A stretch of DNA of 27,259 nt from an uncultured archaeon (GCA_963799775.1 CAWCYD010000001.1:1-27259), one strand, 5' to 3'; positions 1 to 8,662 are shown, counted from the stretch's first letter. Program-made: numbers and translations. Notes: a model not told the origin generated them from the letters alone.

Positions 1-264
1 TGCGGAGGAGGCACCACAGTGACTCTAACCGTTAGAGACGTCGGCTCTACCACCGTCTCAATAACCTCAGTGTTCTTCGACGGTCAGCTTGTAGCCGGGC
101 TGTCAGGTTGCGCAGCAGGTTCATCCATTTCACCGTCTGGTACTTGCTCGTTCAGTATCACTCCAAGTCCAGCGGTCACATCGGGCACCAGCCACATCAT
201 TAAAATCCTAACCTCATCTGGGGGCACATCCGTCATGACGGTAATCGCAGGGAGGACTGGCTAA
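1..264 (+). CDS. Archaeal type IV pilin, 5'-truncated by the window edge
   Basis: Frame is open from base 1 (CGGGTTVTLTVRDVGS...). The C-terminus GTSHIIKILTSSGGTSVMTVIAGRTG closely matches the C-terminus of the next pilin (GTSHTIKIVSATGGTAVFTVVAGRTG). Confidence 0.8.
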   Translation, partial: CGGGTTVTLTVRDVGSTTVSITSVFFDGQLVAGLSGCAAGSSISPSGTCSFSITPSPAVTSGTSHIIKILTSSGGTSVMTVIAGRTG

Positions 265-266
265 AC

Positions 267-986
267 ATGAAGTTCACCCAAAGGCGAGCAGTCTCACCAA
301 TCATCGCATCACTCCTACTCATAGCCATCGCTGTAGCCGCAGGCATCATCGTCTACGTCTACGTCAACAGCCTCGCAGGCAACCTCACCGGGGGCGGCGG
401 CAGCCAGGAATCACAACAGCTCCAACTACAAGCCTACTCCTTCAACATCGCGGGAGGCTCAGGACAAGTGATGGACATCGACCTGCAGAACGTTGGTAGT
501 TCATCAATCTCCATCAGCGCAATCTACGTCGACGGGACACCTCTAAGCGAATGGGGAACAGCCGCTGGAGCAGGAACCTACGGAAACTCCCTCTTGGTTT
601 CAGCAGCAGCCGGATATTCAGGCTGTTATGCACTAGTTCCAGTGGGCGTCACGTTGAGTGTCGACACCTCCTCAAGCGATTCAGTCGACACAGGTATCCA
701 AGCAACACCCGCCTGCGCAGGCATAGATTCACCAACCATTCATTGCAGTGTAGCTGAGTACTGCGTCAAAACGGTCGGAACCATGACAGAAACAGGTGGT
801 GTAACCGGAGCAGCTCTCGCAGCACAAGGCAAGACGCAGTTGATAATCGGCGCAGCAGGCCATACCTGCTCTCCGCTCACCTTCCCGTCTTGTCCAGCGA
901 TTTCTGGAACAAGCCATACCATCAAAATAGTGAGTGCGACGGGCGGAACAGCGGTATTCACAGTCGTAGCTGGCAGAACTGGGTAA
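267..986 (+). CDS. Archaeal type IV pilin (class III signal peptide, Pilin_N-like)
   Basis: MKFTQRRA/VSPIIASLLLIAIAVAAGIIVYVYV is a prepilin peptidase site followed by a hydrophobic helix. The globular domain is Ser/Gly/Thr-rich with six Cys. Confidence 0.92.
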   Translation: MKFTQRRAVSPIIASLLLIAIAVAAGIIVYVYVNSLAGNLTGGGGSQESQQLQLQAYSFNIAGGSGQVMDIDLQNVGSSSISISAIYVDGTPLSEWGTAAGAGTYGNSLLVSAAAGYSGCYALVPVGVTLSVDTSSSDSVDTGIQATPACAGIDSPTIHCSVAEYCVKTVGTMTETGGVTGAALAAQGKTQLIIGAAGHTCSPLTFPSCPAISGTSHTIKIVSATGGTAVFTVVAGRTG

Positions 987-1003
987 GACCAGGCTGCCAG
1001 TTG

Positions 1004-1029
1004 CTTCCCCTTTTCTCTTTCTTTATTTT
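1004..1029 (+). terminator. Pyrimidine/T-rich archaeal terminator after the pilin pair
   Basis: cttccccttttctctttctttatttt lies about 20 nt after the stop at 986. Confidence 0.5.
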
Positions 1030-1318
1030 GGGCATATCTATTCGGGCATCGCCAACATCGTATCCCTAAATACAATCCTCATGCACGGTTTAGGTGGATT
1101 CTAAGGCGCCGAATCGGCGGCGGTTTCTGTGGACAATTCATAGATTGGGGTGATGTGTGATGTCATTGACGACGATCTGTCGTTTTCGGAATTGCCCGCG
1201 AGGCGATTTCCTCAATCGAAGAAGGGTCCTGCGGAGCGTCGAAATCGGCTTGAATCGCTGAACTCTGGTGTTGCCCCGTAGGTGCGAGTTTGCCTCCAAT
1301 CTGAACAACTTCTTCAGC

Positions 1319-1331
1319 CGGGTTATATTCA
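1319..1331 (+). promoter_or_regulatory. TATA-box promoter of pilin 3 (probably leaderless)
   Basis: CGGGTTATATTCA; TTATAT is about 25-29 nt before ATG 1352. An identical 13-mer occurs at 3233-3245. Confidence 0.55.
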
Positions 1332-1351
1332 TCGCGAGGAAGGTTGAGGAC

Positions 1352-1888
1352 ATGGATAGTAGGAAGCGGTCACTTGGCGTATCGCCCATCATCGCGACGC
1401 TTCTACTCATAGCAATCACTGTAGCCGCGGGCATCATCGTCTACGTCTTCGTGAGCGGGGCGATTGGAAACCTGACCCAGGGAGGAGGGGGGCAGCAGAC
1501 GGCCCAGCAAATCGAGCTCACGGCGTATGCCTTCAGCCCACTGTCCGGCGCGTGCGGCGGAAATGGCTCCTTGACCGGACCTTGCCTCACCGTCACGATA
1601 AAGAACGCAGGAGGCAGCTCGGTGACTCTAGACACAATCTACTTCAACGGGTTGCCCTTGACTCCTTTGGCCTACTCGAGCTACCATGGCGGGACGTTCC
1701 AGCCGATCACGCTGGCCATCCATCAGGACGAGACAATTCAGCTCGCTTACATCGGGACATTCTCGTCATACGAGGGGTACATTGGCATGCCTTCGGCGGT
1801 CACCGGAGGTTCCACCAACACCCTGAAGTTCGTTTCAGCAACCGGGGGACTGTTCTCCTACACCGTAACCGCCGGTAGCAGCCAGTAA
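1352..1888 (+). CDS. Archaeal type IV pilin
   Basis: Start moved to ATG 1352: MDSRKRSLG/VSPIIATLLLIAITVAAGIIVYVFV is a class III signal. The C-terminus GSTNTLKFVSATGGLFSYTVTAG is homologous to the other two pilins. Confidence 0.92.
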   Translation: MDSRKRSLGVSPIIATLLLIAITVAAGIIVYVFVSGAIGNLTQGGGGQQTAQQIELTAYAFSPLSGACGGNGSLTGPCLTVTIKNAGGSSVTLDTIYFNGLPLTPLAYSSYHGGTFQPITLAIHQDETIQLAYIGTFSSYEGYIGMPSAVTGGSTNTLKFVSATGGLFSYTVTAGSSQ

Positions 1889-2133
1889 GCGACGAGTTCA
1901 CGAGATACACCCAGCATCTCGCCCCCGCCAGTCGCAGACCTTTCTGGGCCCCGCTTCTCATGCTGTTTCATGAGAGAATTCATGCAATAATTGCTGAAAG
2001 TGCGATTCTTTCCTGTTAGCCGATACAAAGTGGAATATTCGCGCTTAAGGACCTGCCGAACGCCAATCTTTCATAGAACATGGATTCATGTTAGTTAAAT
2101 CCGTGTTTGCAATCCATATCGTCTGTCCAGTCC

Positions 2134-2991
2134 ATGAACATACGACGTGCGATTGGTGAAACCGTCAAGACTTCTGTTGCAATTATTTCAACGCACGCGT
2201 ACTCCCTGGGCCTCTTCTCGGTTCCTTACTATCCGGATTTCGTCGGCGAGGAGACACAGTCCTGGTCTGCGCAAGCGCCGGAGCCAAAGGCGACGTTCAG
2301 AAAGACGGAGATGACCGGCCTGGTCGGCGTGCTGCCTGGCGTCCCAGCAGAGCGAAAGCGGCGTTCCTCTGCGGCCCGGAAGAGCTCCCTCGAGAAGGAG
2401 ACGGTGATGCGAAGGTTTGACAGGGCTTTCGGCCAGATGCTCTCCCGCCGCGGCCAACCCTCGAGGCTGGAGGCCATCGAGCGCATAAAGCCCATGATTT
2501 ACGCGCTCTCTCCAGAGATCAGGGCCTGGACCGGCGACGCCAGGATCAGGGTCTATATGGTCATGAAGGAGCTGGCCGACGACCTTGACGACCCCGCGTG
2601 CGCGAAAGCCAGCATCGGCGTGCTCGTTCTGATCCTCCTAAAGGGCGGCAAGAGCGCCGTGGAGATGGCGAAGCCCATCTTCGGGGAGAAGATCCACAAG
2701 ATGTACAACGACCCCAAGTACGAGGGCGAGCGGTTCCTCCCCAGGCTCCTGCTCATGCTCGACGACTACGCGCCGGAGCGGGTCGCGACCGTCACGAAGG
2801 AGGCGATACACCTCTGGGGAAACGACAGGTTCAGGGCCGCGAACTGCTACTTGGGGCTCGACGAGCTCACGGAGAGGGGCCTGAGGAGCAACATCAAGGG
2901 TATCCTAGGCGCGGAGATAGCGAACGCGGGATTCGAGAGGGACGCGACCGCCCTAAACAGGGCGATTGAGCTCTATCACCAAGTGAAGTAG
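2134..2991 (+). CDS. Hypothetical alpha-helical protein, paralog A
   Basis: Strong similarity to 3276..4103 (LSPEIRAWTGDARIRVY vs LSPDIKAWSGDARLRAY; AVEMAKPIF; ERFLPRLL; ALNRAIELYHQVK vs ALNRAVDLYHEVR). ATG 2134 chosen because MNIRRAIG parallels MNLFQAIG. Confidence 0.8.
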   Translation: MNIRRAIGETVKTSVAIISTHAYSLGLFSVPYYPDFVGEETQSWSAQAPEPKATFRKTEMTGLVGVLPGVPAERKRRSSAARKSSLEKETVMRRFDRAFGQMLSRRGQPSRLEAIERIKPMIYALSPEIRAWTGDARIRVYMVMKELADDLDDPACAKASIGVLVLILLKGGKSAVEMAKPIFGEKIHKMYNDPKYEGERFLPRLLLMLDDYAPERVATVTKEAIHLWGNDRFRAANCYLGLDELTERGLRSNIKGILGAEIANAGFERDATALNRAIELYHQVK

Positions 2992-3275
2992 GCCTCATAA
3001 CCGGGAGAGCCGTCGGCGCAAGTGCCGGCGTTCTAGAGACACGGCAACTGACGAAAAACGCTCAGGGCCTAGCCGACTCTCTCCAAATGATTATCACGTC
3101 TTGATAAAGGCCGCGAAATCGCACAATTCTTCCATGTCGTGACATTATTTCCATAAAGCTGGCTAAACTTGCGATATTTCGCTGCTAAGCACCCGTCCAG
3201 ACACCAATTCTAAGTTGATTTGAAATCCTTGTCGGGTTATATTCAGGATTAGAATCCAAAAGTAGTATCAGTAAC

Positions 3276-4103
3276 ATGAATCTGTTCCAGGCGATCGGCG
3301 GGGCGCTGCTCGGGTCTGCTTCCTCCGTTTCCAAGTTATCCTGCCTTTCCCTGGTATTCGGCGGCGAGGCCGTTCTCTCGTCGGGAGAGGTGGGGGACAA
3401 CTCCGGTCAAGGAGGCTTGGAGCCCACCGGTTTGGTCGGCAAGCTTCCTGGTATCCCGCGCAAAGCGCACGGGCGTGCCCGCCAAGGCCACGGAAAGCCA
3501 CTCGAGAAACAGATGCTCCTCAGGCGATACGACGCTGCCTTCGCCGAGGTCTTGACCATCCAGGGGACGGAGTCGAGGTCGCGTGCTCTGGACCGGCTGA
3601 GGCCGATCCTCTACGAGCTCTCGCCCGACATCAAGGCTTGGAGCGGGGACGCCCGGCTGAGGGCATACCTGCTGATGCAGGCGATAGCTAAGGACATCGA
3701 GAACCCGTCCTACACGAGCGCTAGCATGAGCCTGCTCGTCCTGATCCTGTCCCGCGGAGGTCCCTGCGCCGTCGAGATGGCGAAGCCCATCTTCGAAGAG
3801 AAGATCAGGGCAATGTACAAAGACTCCCGGTACGAGAAAGAACGCTTTCTGCCCAGGCTTTTGATGGAGTTGAGCGACTACGACCCGAAGCAGGTCGAGG
3901 GCCTCGCCAAGGATGCCATACACCTCTGGAGCGACGAGCAGTTCGCCGCCGCGAGCGGGTACCTAGGCTTTGACGAGCTGCGAGCTGAGTGCCTCAGGAA
4001 CAGGCTAAAGGGTGTCCTCGGCGCCGAGATCGCGCAGGCTGGAACCGCGAGGGACACGAGCGCGCTCAACAGGGCAGTGGACCTCTACCACGAGGTCAGG
4101 TAA
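3276..4103 (+). CDS. Hypothetical alpha-helical protein, paralog B
   Basis: Tandem paralog of 2134..2991; TTATAT box at about 3237. Confidence 0.8.
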   Translation: MNLFQAIGGALLGSASSVSKLSCLSLVFGGEAVLSSGEVGDNSGQGGLEPTGLVGKLPGIPRKAHGRARQGHGKPLEKQMLLRRYDAAFAEVLTIQGTESRSRALDRLRPILYELSPDIKAWSGDARLRAYLLMQAIAKDIENPSYTSASMSLLVLILSRGGPCAVEMAKPIFEEKIRAMYKDSRYEKERFLPRLLMELSDYDPKQVEGLAKDAIHLWSDEQFAAASGYLGFDELRAECLRNRLKGVLGAEIAQAGTARDTSALNRAVDLYHEVR

Positions 4104-4260
4104 GCAGGAGTTTGCCGGGACGGCGTCCGGCGCGGTCAGGATTCGTCTCCAAAGAACTTTCATCAGCGATATTATTTCTGTATAGATTATGACGCAAATC
4201 TGCAAAAATTACCGCTTCGTATAAATACGACTTCTACTTGTCCAATTCTTGTAAGTTTCA

Positions 4261-5037
4261 ATGGCCTTTGGCGGCCAGCGATCTGACGCTGTTGCGGCGG
4301 AAAATCAGGTAAAACTAAGCAACCTTGGAATCCAAGGTCTAGAATTCGTCCTAGGCGGCGGCATGCCGGAGGACAGTGTCTACATCCTCACTGGGCAGCC
4401 GGGCACGTACTACACGACCTTCGCCCAGCAGGCCATATTCACCCACATGCAGAAGAAGGGCAAGGCAGTCTACTACACCTCCGAGACCTCGAGCACCGAG
4501 ATAGAGCAGGACACCGACTTGTACGGGTGGAACTTCCAGAGCTACGTGGAGGACGGCAGCCTCGTGTTCGTCAGGCCGCTCCCGCCCTCGCTCCAGGGGC
4601 TCGTCGGGCTGATGCCACGCGTCCCAAGCGAGCAGTTCCTGAACCTCTCGTCGGCCGGCCTAGGAAGCCTCACGAGGGACTTCCTCAGCAGGCTGAAGGA
4701 CAACCGCTGGAGCATACTCAACATATCGTACCTCATGAACCAGTACACGCCCCAGGAGATCAACGACCTCATGCTCTTCTGGGTGAACGCCGTCCACAAG
4801 TACGGGGGCGTCCACTTCGTGCTGATGCTCCAGGGGGCGCACGACGAGAGGCAGGTCACCTTCCTCAAGAACCTGGTCGACGGGGTCCTCAGCTTCAAGT
4901 TCGTCGAGGGCTTCGGGCAGGCGGAGGGAGAGGTCGAGATCCAGAAGCTCAGAAGGGTGCTTCCGAAGGCGAAGACGTTCAGGCACGTCGTCCAGTCGGA
5001 CGGGCTGGTCATAGAGACCACCGCGAGAATAGGTTAG
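4261..5037 (+). CDS. RAD55/KaiC-like RecA-fold protein with degenerate Walker A (probable pseudo-ATPase)
   Basis: GIQGLEFVLGGGMPEDSVYILTGQPGTYYTT: KaiC-like N-terminus, but GKT is replaced by YYT. C-terminal LVDGVLSF...IQKLR motif. Confidence 0.85.
   Translation: MAFGGQRSDAVAAENQVKLSNLGIQGLEFVLGGGMPEDSVYILTGQPGTYYTTFAQQAIFTHMQKKGKAVYYTSETSSTEIEQDTDLYGWNFQSYVEDGSLVFVRPLPPSLQGLVGLMPRVPSEQFLNLSSAGLGSLTRDFLSRLKDNRWSILNISYLMNQYTPQEINDLMLFWVNAVHKYGGVHFVLMLQGAHDERQVTFLKNLVDGVLSFKFVEGFGQAEGEVEIQKLRRVLPKAKTFRHVVQSDGLVIETTARIG
4903..5037 (+). repeat. Copy 1 of an imperfect ~135-bp direct repeat (3' end of the RAD55-like gene)
   Basis: Aligns with 5970..6105, including a 30-bp exact match (4966-4995 vs 6034-6063). 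Confidence 0.9.
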
Positions 5038-5163
5038 GCGCAGACTGCATTTGTCCACGAAGGGCCCGAGCGCTTAGCCACCCTGAGCGGCTGTCCGCTC
5101 AGTTGATACGTCTGCATACGTCGTAATACTTATTATCAAGCCGGCGCCCGTCAAGGAACACCA

Positions 5164-5670
5164 TTGCCGGTCAGCAACTCGAGTCCGTTGATTCACCTGT
5201 CAAGGTTAGGGAAGCTGGCCTACGCGAGGTAAGTCTTTTCGTCAGTCATGATACCTCCGGCGGTCAGGGCGGAGACGATTGCCAAAGGAAAATCCGAAGG
5301 CTATGGCGACGCACTCGCGCTCGAAGGGCTCGAAAAGGAAGGCTGGCTGAAGACGTGCGAACTCTCGCCTCGTTCGGAGTCTGTTGCGAGCGAACTGTCC
5401 GGTGCCGTTGGAGCTGGAGAGGCTGAGGCCATCGCGCTCGCCCTTGAGATGAAGGAGAGGCTCTTCATGGACGATCTCAAGGGGAGGAAGGCAGCAGAAT
5501 TCTACAGAATAGAGACGACTACCACGTTGGGCCTCATGCTCGAGATGCTCGCGGTCAGAGCCCTGACGCAAATCGACTACAAGAAGAACGTGAAGAACTA
5601 TGGTTCTCAGGGCTGGATAAGTGGTGACATAATCCAAGAGTTCATCGAGAGAGGGAGAGAGTTTGAGTGA
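5164..5670 (+). pseudogene. PIN-domain toxin (DUF3368-like) with in-frame TAA at 5230-5232
   Basis: TTG 5164 gives MPVSNSSPLIHLSRLGKLAYAR*VFSSVMIPPAV, the typical VS(N/D)xSPLI start of this family, in frame with ORF 5248..5670 (GAGEAEAIALALE, LFMDDLKGRKAA). Confidence 0.8.
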
Positions 5671-5974
5671 AAGGATATCCTTCGTCATACCGAAGCACCT
5701 CAAGAAGTCCCTTAAGGAGCTGCAGAAGCTGTCAGGGGATGACCAGTCGAGCCTCCTGAGGAAGCTGGTCGACAGGGGGGTGGCCGAGGCCAAGATGGAC
5801 ATCGCGGTGGACCGGTACGTCAAGGAGCAATCGTCCCTGGAGCAAGCGTCCGCCGTTGCGGGCGTGTCTCTTTGGAGGTTCCTCGACGAGCTCAGGCAGA
5901 GGAACGTGGCGCTCAAGTACTCGATGGCGGATGCGGAAGCAGAGATCGATAGAGCGGCTGCCAAAAGGCGTTGA
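5663..5974 (+). CDS. UPF0175-family antitoxin-like DNA-binding protein (RHH plus HTH)
   Basis: ISFVIPKHLKKSLKEL...SSLLRKLV (RHH-like) and SLEQASAVAGVSLWRFLDELRQR (UPF0175 motif); overlaps the end of the PIN gene. Confidence 0.85.
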   Translation: MSERISFVIPKHLKKSLKELQKLSGDDQSSLLRKLVDRGVAEAKMDIAVDRYVKEQSSLEQASAVAGVSLWRFLDELRQRNVALKYSMADAEAEIDRAAAKRR

Positions 5975-6105
5975 GGGCTCTGAGCAGCCGGAATTTGGGG
6001 GTGGATGTCCAAAGGCTAAGACGGGCGCTTCCAAAGGCGAAGACGTTCAGGCACGTCGTCCAGCCTGACGGCCTGGTAATCGAGACCACGGCGAGAATCG
6101 GCTAG
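5970..6105 (+). pseudogene. Copy 2 of the repeat: relic 3' end of a RAD55-like gene
   Basis: Translates to VEGSEQPEFG(frameshift)VDVQRLRRALPKAKTFRHVVQPDGLVIETTARIG*, versus VEGFGQAEGEVEIQKLRRVLPKAKTFRHVVQSDGLVIETTARIG* in the intact gene. Confidence 0.88.
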
Positions 6106-6210
6106 TCCTCGACCTTCGAGGCTGTCGGAACGGCGCGAGACCTGAGCCCCGTGCCTCCTTCGGGTCAAGAAAGGCGACCTTCATATCAGTCAGTTTCTCG
6201 AGCGGAGGGC

Positions 6211-6333
6211 GTGGACGATGAAGAGGCACCTGAATGGCACGAAACGCCCTACAACTGGAAGGGGCTGCTCCTGATAATCATAGGCCTGACGCTTCTCGTC
6301 GTGGCGATAATACTCCTCGCGAACTTCGCATGA
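6211..6333 (+). CDS. Small single-pass membrane protein (40 aa)
   Basis: GTG 6211: MDDEEAPEWHETPYNWKGLLLIIIGLTLLVVAIILLANFA, an acidic head plus one clear TM helix. Confidence 0.55.
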   Translation: MDDEEAPEWHETPYNWKGLLLIIIGLTLLVVAIILLANFA

Positions 6334-6458
6334 GCCGCAGCTAATCTGCGAGAAGGGGAGGGTGCAACTAACATTGTTACAGACAGGGATGCGAGCCGCC
6401 CCAGACGGTGTTGCACGACACCCGTTCTAATCGCGTCCTCTTTTACTCCTGCGCTAGA

Positions 6459-6872
6459 ATGCAGTCATTCCAGCACGCAACGCAAGCTCAGGCGGAGGCG
6501 CAGCAAGGCGTCGCGCCGACGGAGACGCCACCGCAGAGGCAGGCGCCCAAGCCATCCCACGCAAAGAACAGGGGCAGGATAGACGTCATGGCGGACGTCC
6601 TCAACTGCTGCAGGTCCCCCTCGAGCAAGAGCCACATCATGCTATTCGCGAACGTGAACAGCGTCGTCGCGACGAGGATGATCGAGAAGCTCACCGAGAC
6701 GGGCCTCCTGGACTCTGTCCACGAGGACGACAGCGTCGTCTACCTCGCTACCCCCAAGGGGAGCGGGTTCGTCGCCAAGTACATCGAGCTCCAGCACCTC
6801 ATCTCGCCCGAGCTGGTGCCCATCGAGTCGAAGGTGAATAGCCCGAATCGACTCAACTGTCTAAACTTCTAA
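6459..6872 (+). CDS. Winged-helix transcriptional regulator (archaeal HTH_45-like)
   Basis: RGRIDVMADVLNCCRSPSSKSHIMLFANVN...LTETGLL...YLATPKG matches this archaeal wHTH family. Start is uncertain (6408 or 6459). Confidence 0.8.
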   Translation: MQSFQHATQAQAEAQQGVAPTETPPQRQAPKPSHAKNRGRIDVMADVLNCCRSPSSKSHIMLFANVNSVVATRMIEKLTETGLLDSVHEDDSVVYLATPKGSGFVAKYIELQHLISPELVPIESKVNSPNRLNCLNF

Positions 6873-6881
6873 ACTCTCGCG

Positions 6882-7349
6882 GTGAAGTTTGGGATGCGAA
6901 ATCACAGGCCTATGTATCCGGAGTTATACCCCGAGATGGAAGGGAGGAGCAGGAAGCTCAGGGGCTTCGCGCTCTCGCTCGCGGGTAGCTTCGTTTTCAT
7001 GGTCACCTCGGTGGCCACGGTAGCGTTCTCCTCAAACTACCTCTACCTGATCGTCTCTGCCCTCTCCTTGGGCGCAGTCGGTCTCATCTTCGCGGCTCAC
7101 AGGAGCCGCTCCTTCCTCAGCCAAGTGACCCTGCTCATAGGGGCGAGCGGGACTCTGGCCGCCGAGACCGGCGTGGTCGGGCTCCTCTTCCCATCCCCGC
7201 TTGCGGCGGCCTGCGCCGTCATGACTCTGGGAGGCTGCCTGGTCGCGGCGAGGGGCATCCACGACGTGGAGTCGATGGCCACCCTCGACCCGTTCTCCGC
7301 CAAGAGAAGGAAGGAGATGACCATAGAGCAGCGTGCCGGAGGCGAGTGA
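6882..7349 (+). CDS. Hypothetical membrane protein (about 4 TM)
   Basis: Four hydrophobic segments; start uncertain. Confidence 0.7.
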   Translation: MKFGMRNHRPMYPELYPEMEGRSRKLRGFALSLAGSFVFMVTSVATVAFSSNYLYLIVSALSLGAVGLIFAAHRSRSFLSQVTLLIGASGTLAAETGVVGLLFPSPLAAACAVMTLGGCLVAARGIHDVESMATLDPFSAKRRKEMTIEQRAGGE

Positions 7350-7829
7350 GACGAGCCAAAAGTCGCTCGAGACCTCCAAGGTGGCGGCGAACGTCTTCGT
7401 CTACTACGAGGGCCACCTCTCCTCGTACCCCAACATCATGGTCGGGAAGCTGATCCTGAACTCGAGGTACCTGATATTCCACATCTACGAGCCACGCTAC
7501 ACGGGGGTGCTCCAGACCGCGAGGCTCAACTCCACGGGGCGCGTCCTCTCCCTCGGGCTCAACACCATCATGGACGTCACGGTGGAGTCGGGGTCCGTGC
7601 AAGGAGGAGCCGCCCGAACTGGAAGAACAAGGACGACTTTGAGAAGAAGAGCTCCGGCGAGCGGGCCATCAACACCCATCCGGGCTTCCTCGACGATGCC
7701 GAGAACTACTCCAAGCTGATGCTGACGATAGAGACCGAGAATGGGGTCGAGATAGCCACCTTCGAGGTCCAGAACCCCCAAGCCTGGGAACAATCGCTCA
7801 AGGGCCACATCGCCAAGAGCTCGAACTAG
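7333..7829 (+). pseudogene. Hypothetical beta-rich (possibly PH-like) protein with a frameshift at G-run 7590-7593
   Basis: Adding one G gives ...DVTVESGVRARRSRPNWKNKDDFEKK...KLMLTIETENGVEIATFEVQNPQAWEQSLKGHIAKSSN* ending at TAG 7827-7829, 3 nt before the next start. May be a sequencing error. Confidence 0.7.
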
Positions 7830-7832
7830 ACC

Positions 7833-8567
7833 TTGTCCTACGTGACCATGGGGATCAAGGGCGTCGACTCCTTGCTCGACAACAAGGGGGTGCCCAAGGG
7901 CTCCTCCGTGCTCCTCCTGGGGGCGCCCGGGAGCGGCAAGACGATCTTCAGCTTGCAATACCTCCAGGCGGGCGTGGCGGCAGGCGAGAACGGCGTCTAC
8001 CTCTCGATGGACGAGGACCCTGATAGGCTGCTTGCAAACGCGAAGCAAATGGGCGTCGACCTCGCGAAACCGGTCAAGGAGGGGAAGATCGCCATCGTCG
8101 ACGCCTCCCCGATCAGGCTGCTTCCCGCCAAGATCAAGCTGGGCGGGGCGGAGGTGGGCGGGCACGAGTTTGCGCTCTCCACGATGATCTCCTCGCTCGT
8201 CGACGCGGTCAAGAAGGTCGGCGCGACGCGCCTGGTCGTCGACCCCATCTCCACCCTCATCGTCCACTTCAGCGACGAGTACACCCGGCGCATCGCGTTC
8301 CTCGACCTCATCGCGGCCGCTTCCAAGACAAAGTGCACCACAATATTCGTCGACGAGCTGAACGACGCGCAGCTCCAGCGCCCCCACGTCTTCGAGGAGT
8401 TCCTCACCCAGGGCGTCATAGTCCTCTCCAAAATCCTGGCCGGCTCCACCTTCACGCGGGTCTTCAGCATCGAGAAGATGCGGGGCGTGGCCCACGACAC
8501 CCAGCCCCACCCGTACAGGATCACCGAGCACGGGATCGAAGTCTTCGCAAGCGAACAGATATTTTAG
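7833..8567 (+). CDS. RAD55/KaiC-like ATPase (single domain)
   Basis: Walker A GAPGSGKT, SMDE, Walker B RLVVDP, EEFLTQGVI and IEKMRG arginine-finger motif. Confidence 0.92.
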   Translation: MSYVTMGIKGVDSLLDNKGVPKGSSVLLLGAPGSGKTIFSLQYLQAGVAAGENGVYLSMDEDPDRLLANAKQMGVDLAKPVKEGKIAIVDASPIRLLPAKIKLGGAEVGGHEFALSTMISSLVDAVKKVGATRLVVDPISTLIVHFSDEYTRRIAFLDLIAAASKTKCTTIFVDELNDAQLQRPHVFEEFLTQGVIVLSKILAGSTFTRVFSIEKMRGVAHDTQPHPYRITEHGIEVFASEQIF

Positions 8568-8632
8568 CGCAGGGTCGCAGGACCGATGATGACTATGGCT
8601 CAATGGCTCCTTTTGGCGAATGGGCGTGGGTG

Positions 8633-8655
8633 TTTATATCGCACCCTGTGATGTA
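8633..8655 (+). promoter_or_regulatory. TATA box plus imperfect inverted repeat (likely autoregulatory operator of the TA operon)
   Basis: TTTATAT at 8633 is 30 nt before ATG 8663; TATATCGCA-ccc-TGTGATGTA is a 7/9 inverted repeat. Confidence 0.45.
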
Positions 8656-8662
8656 TCTTAGG

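Noticed and set aside
1-1888. Archaellin / archaellum operon
   Set aside because: N-termini are of the VSPIIA pilin type rather than archaellin type; no ArlI/ArlJ genes are in the window.
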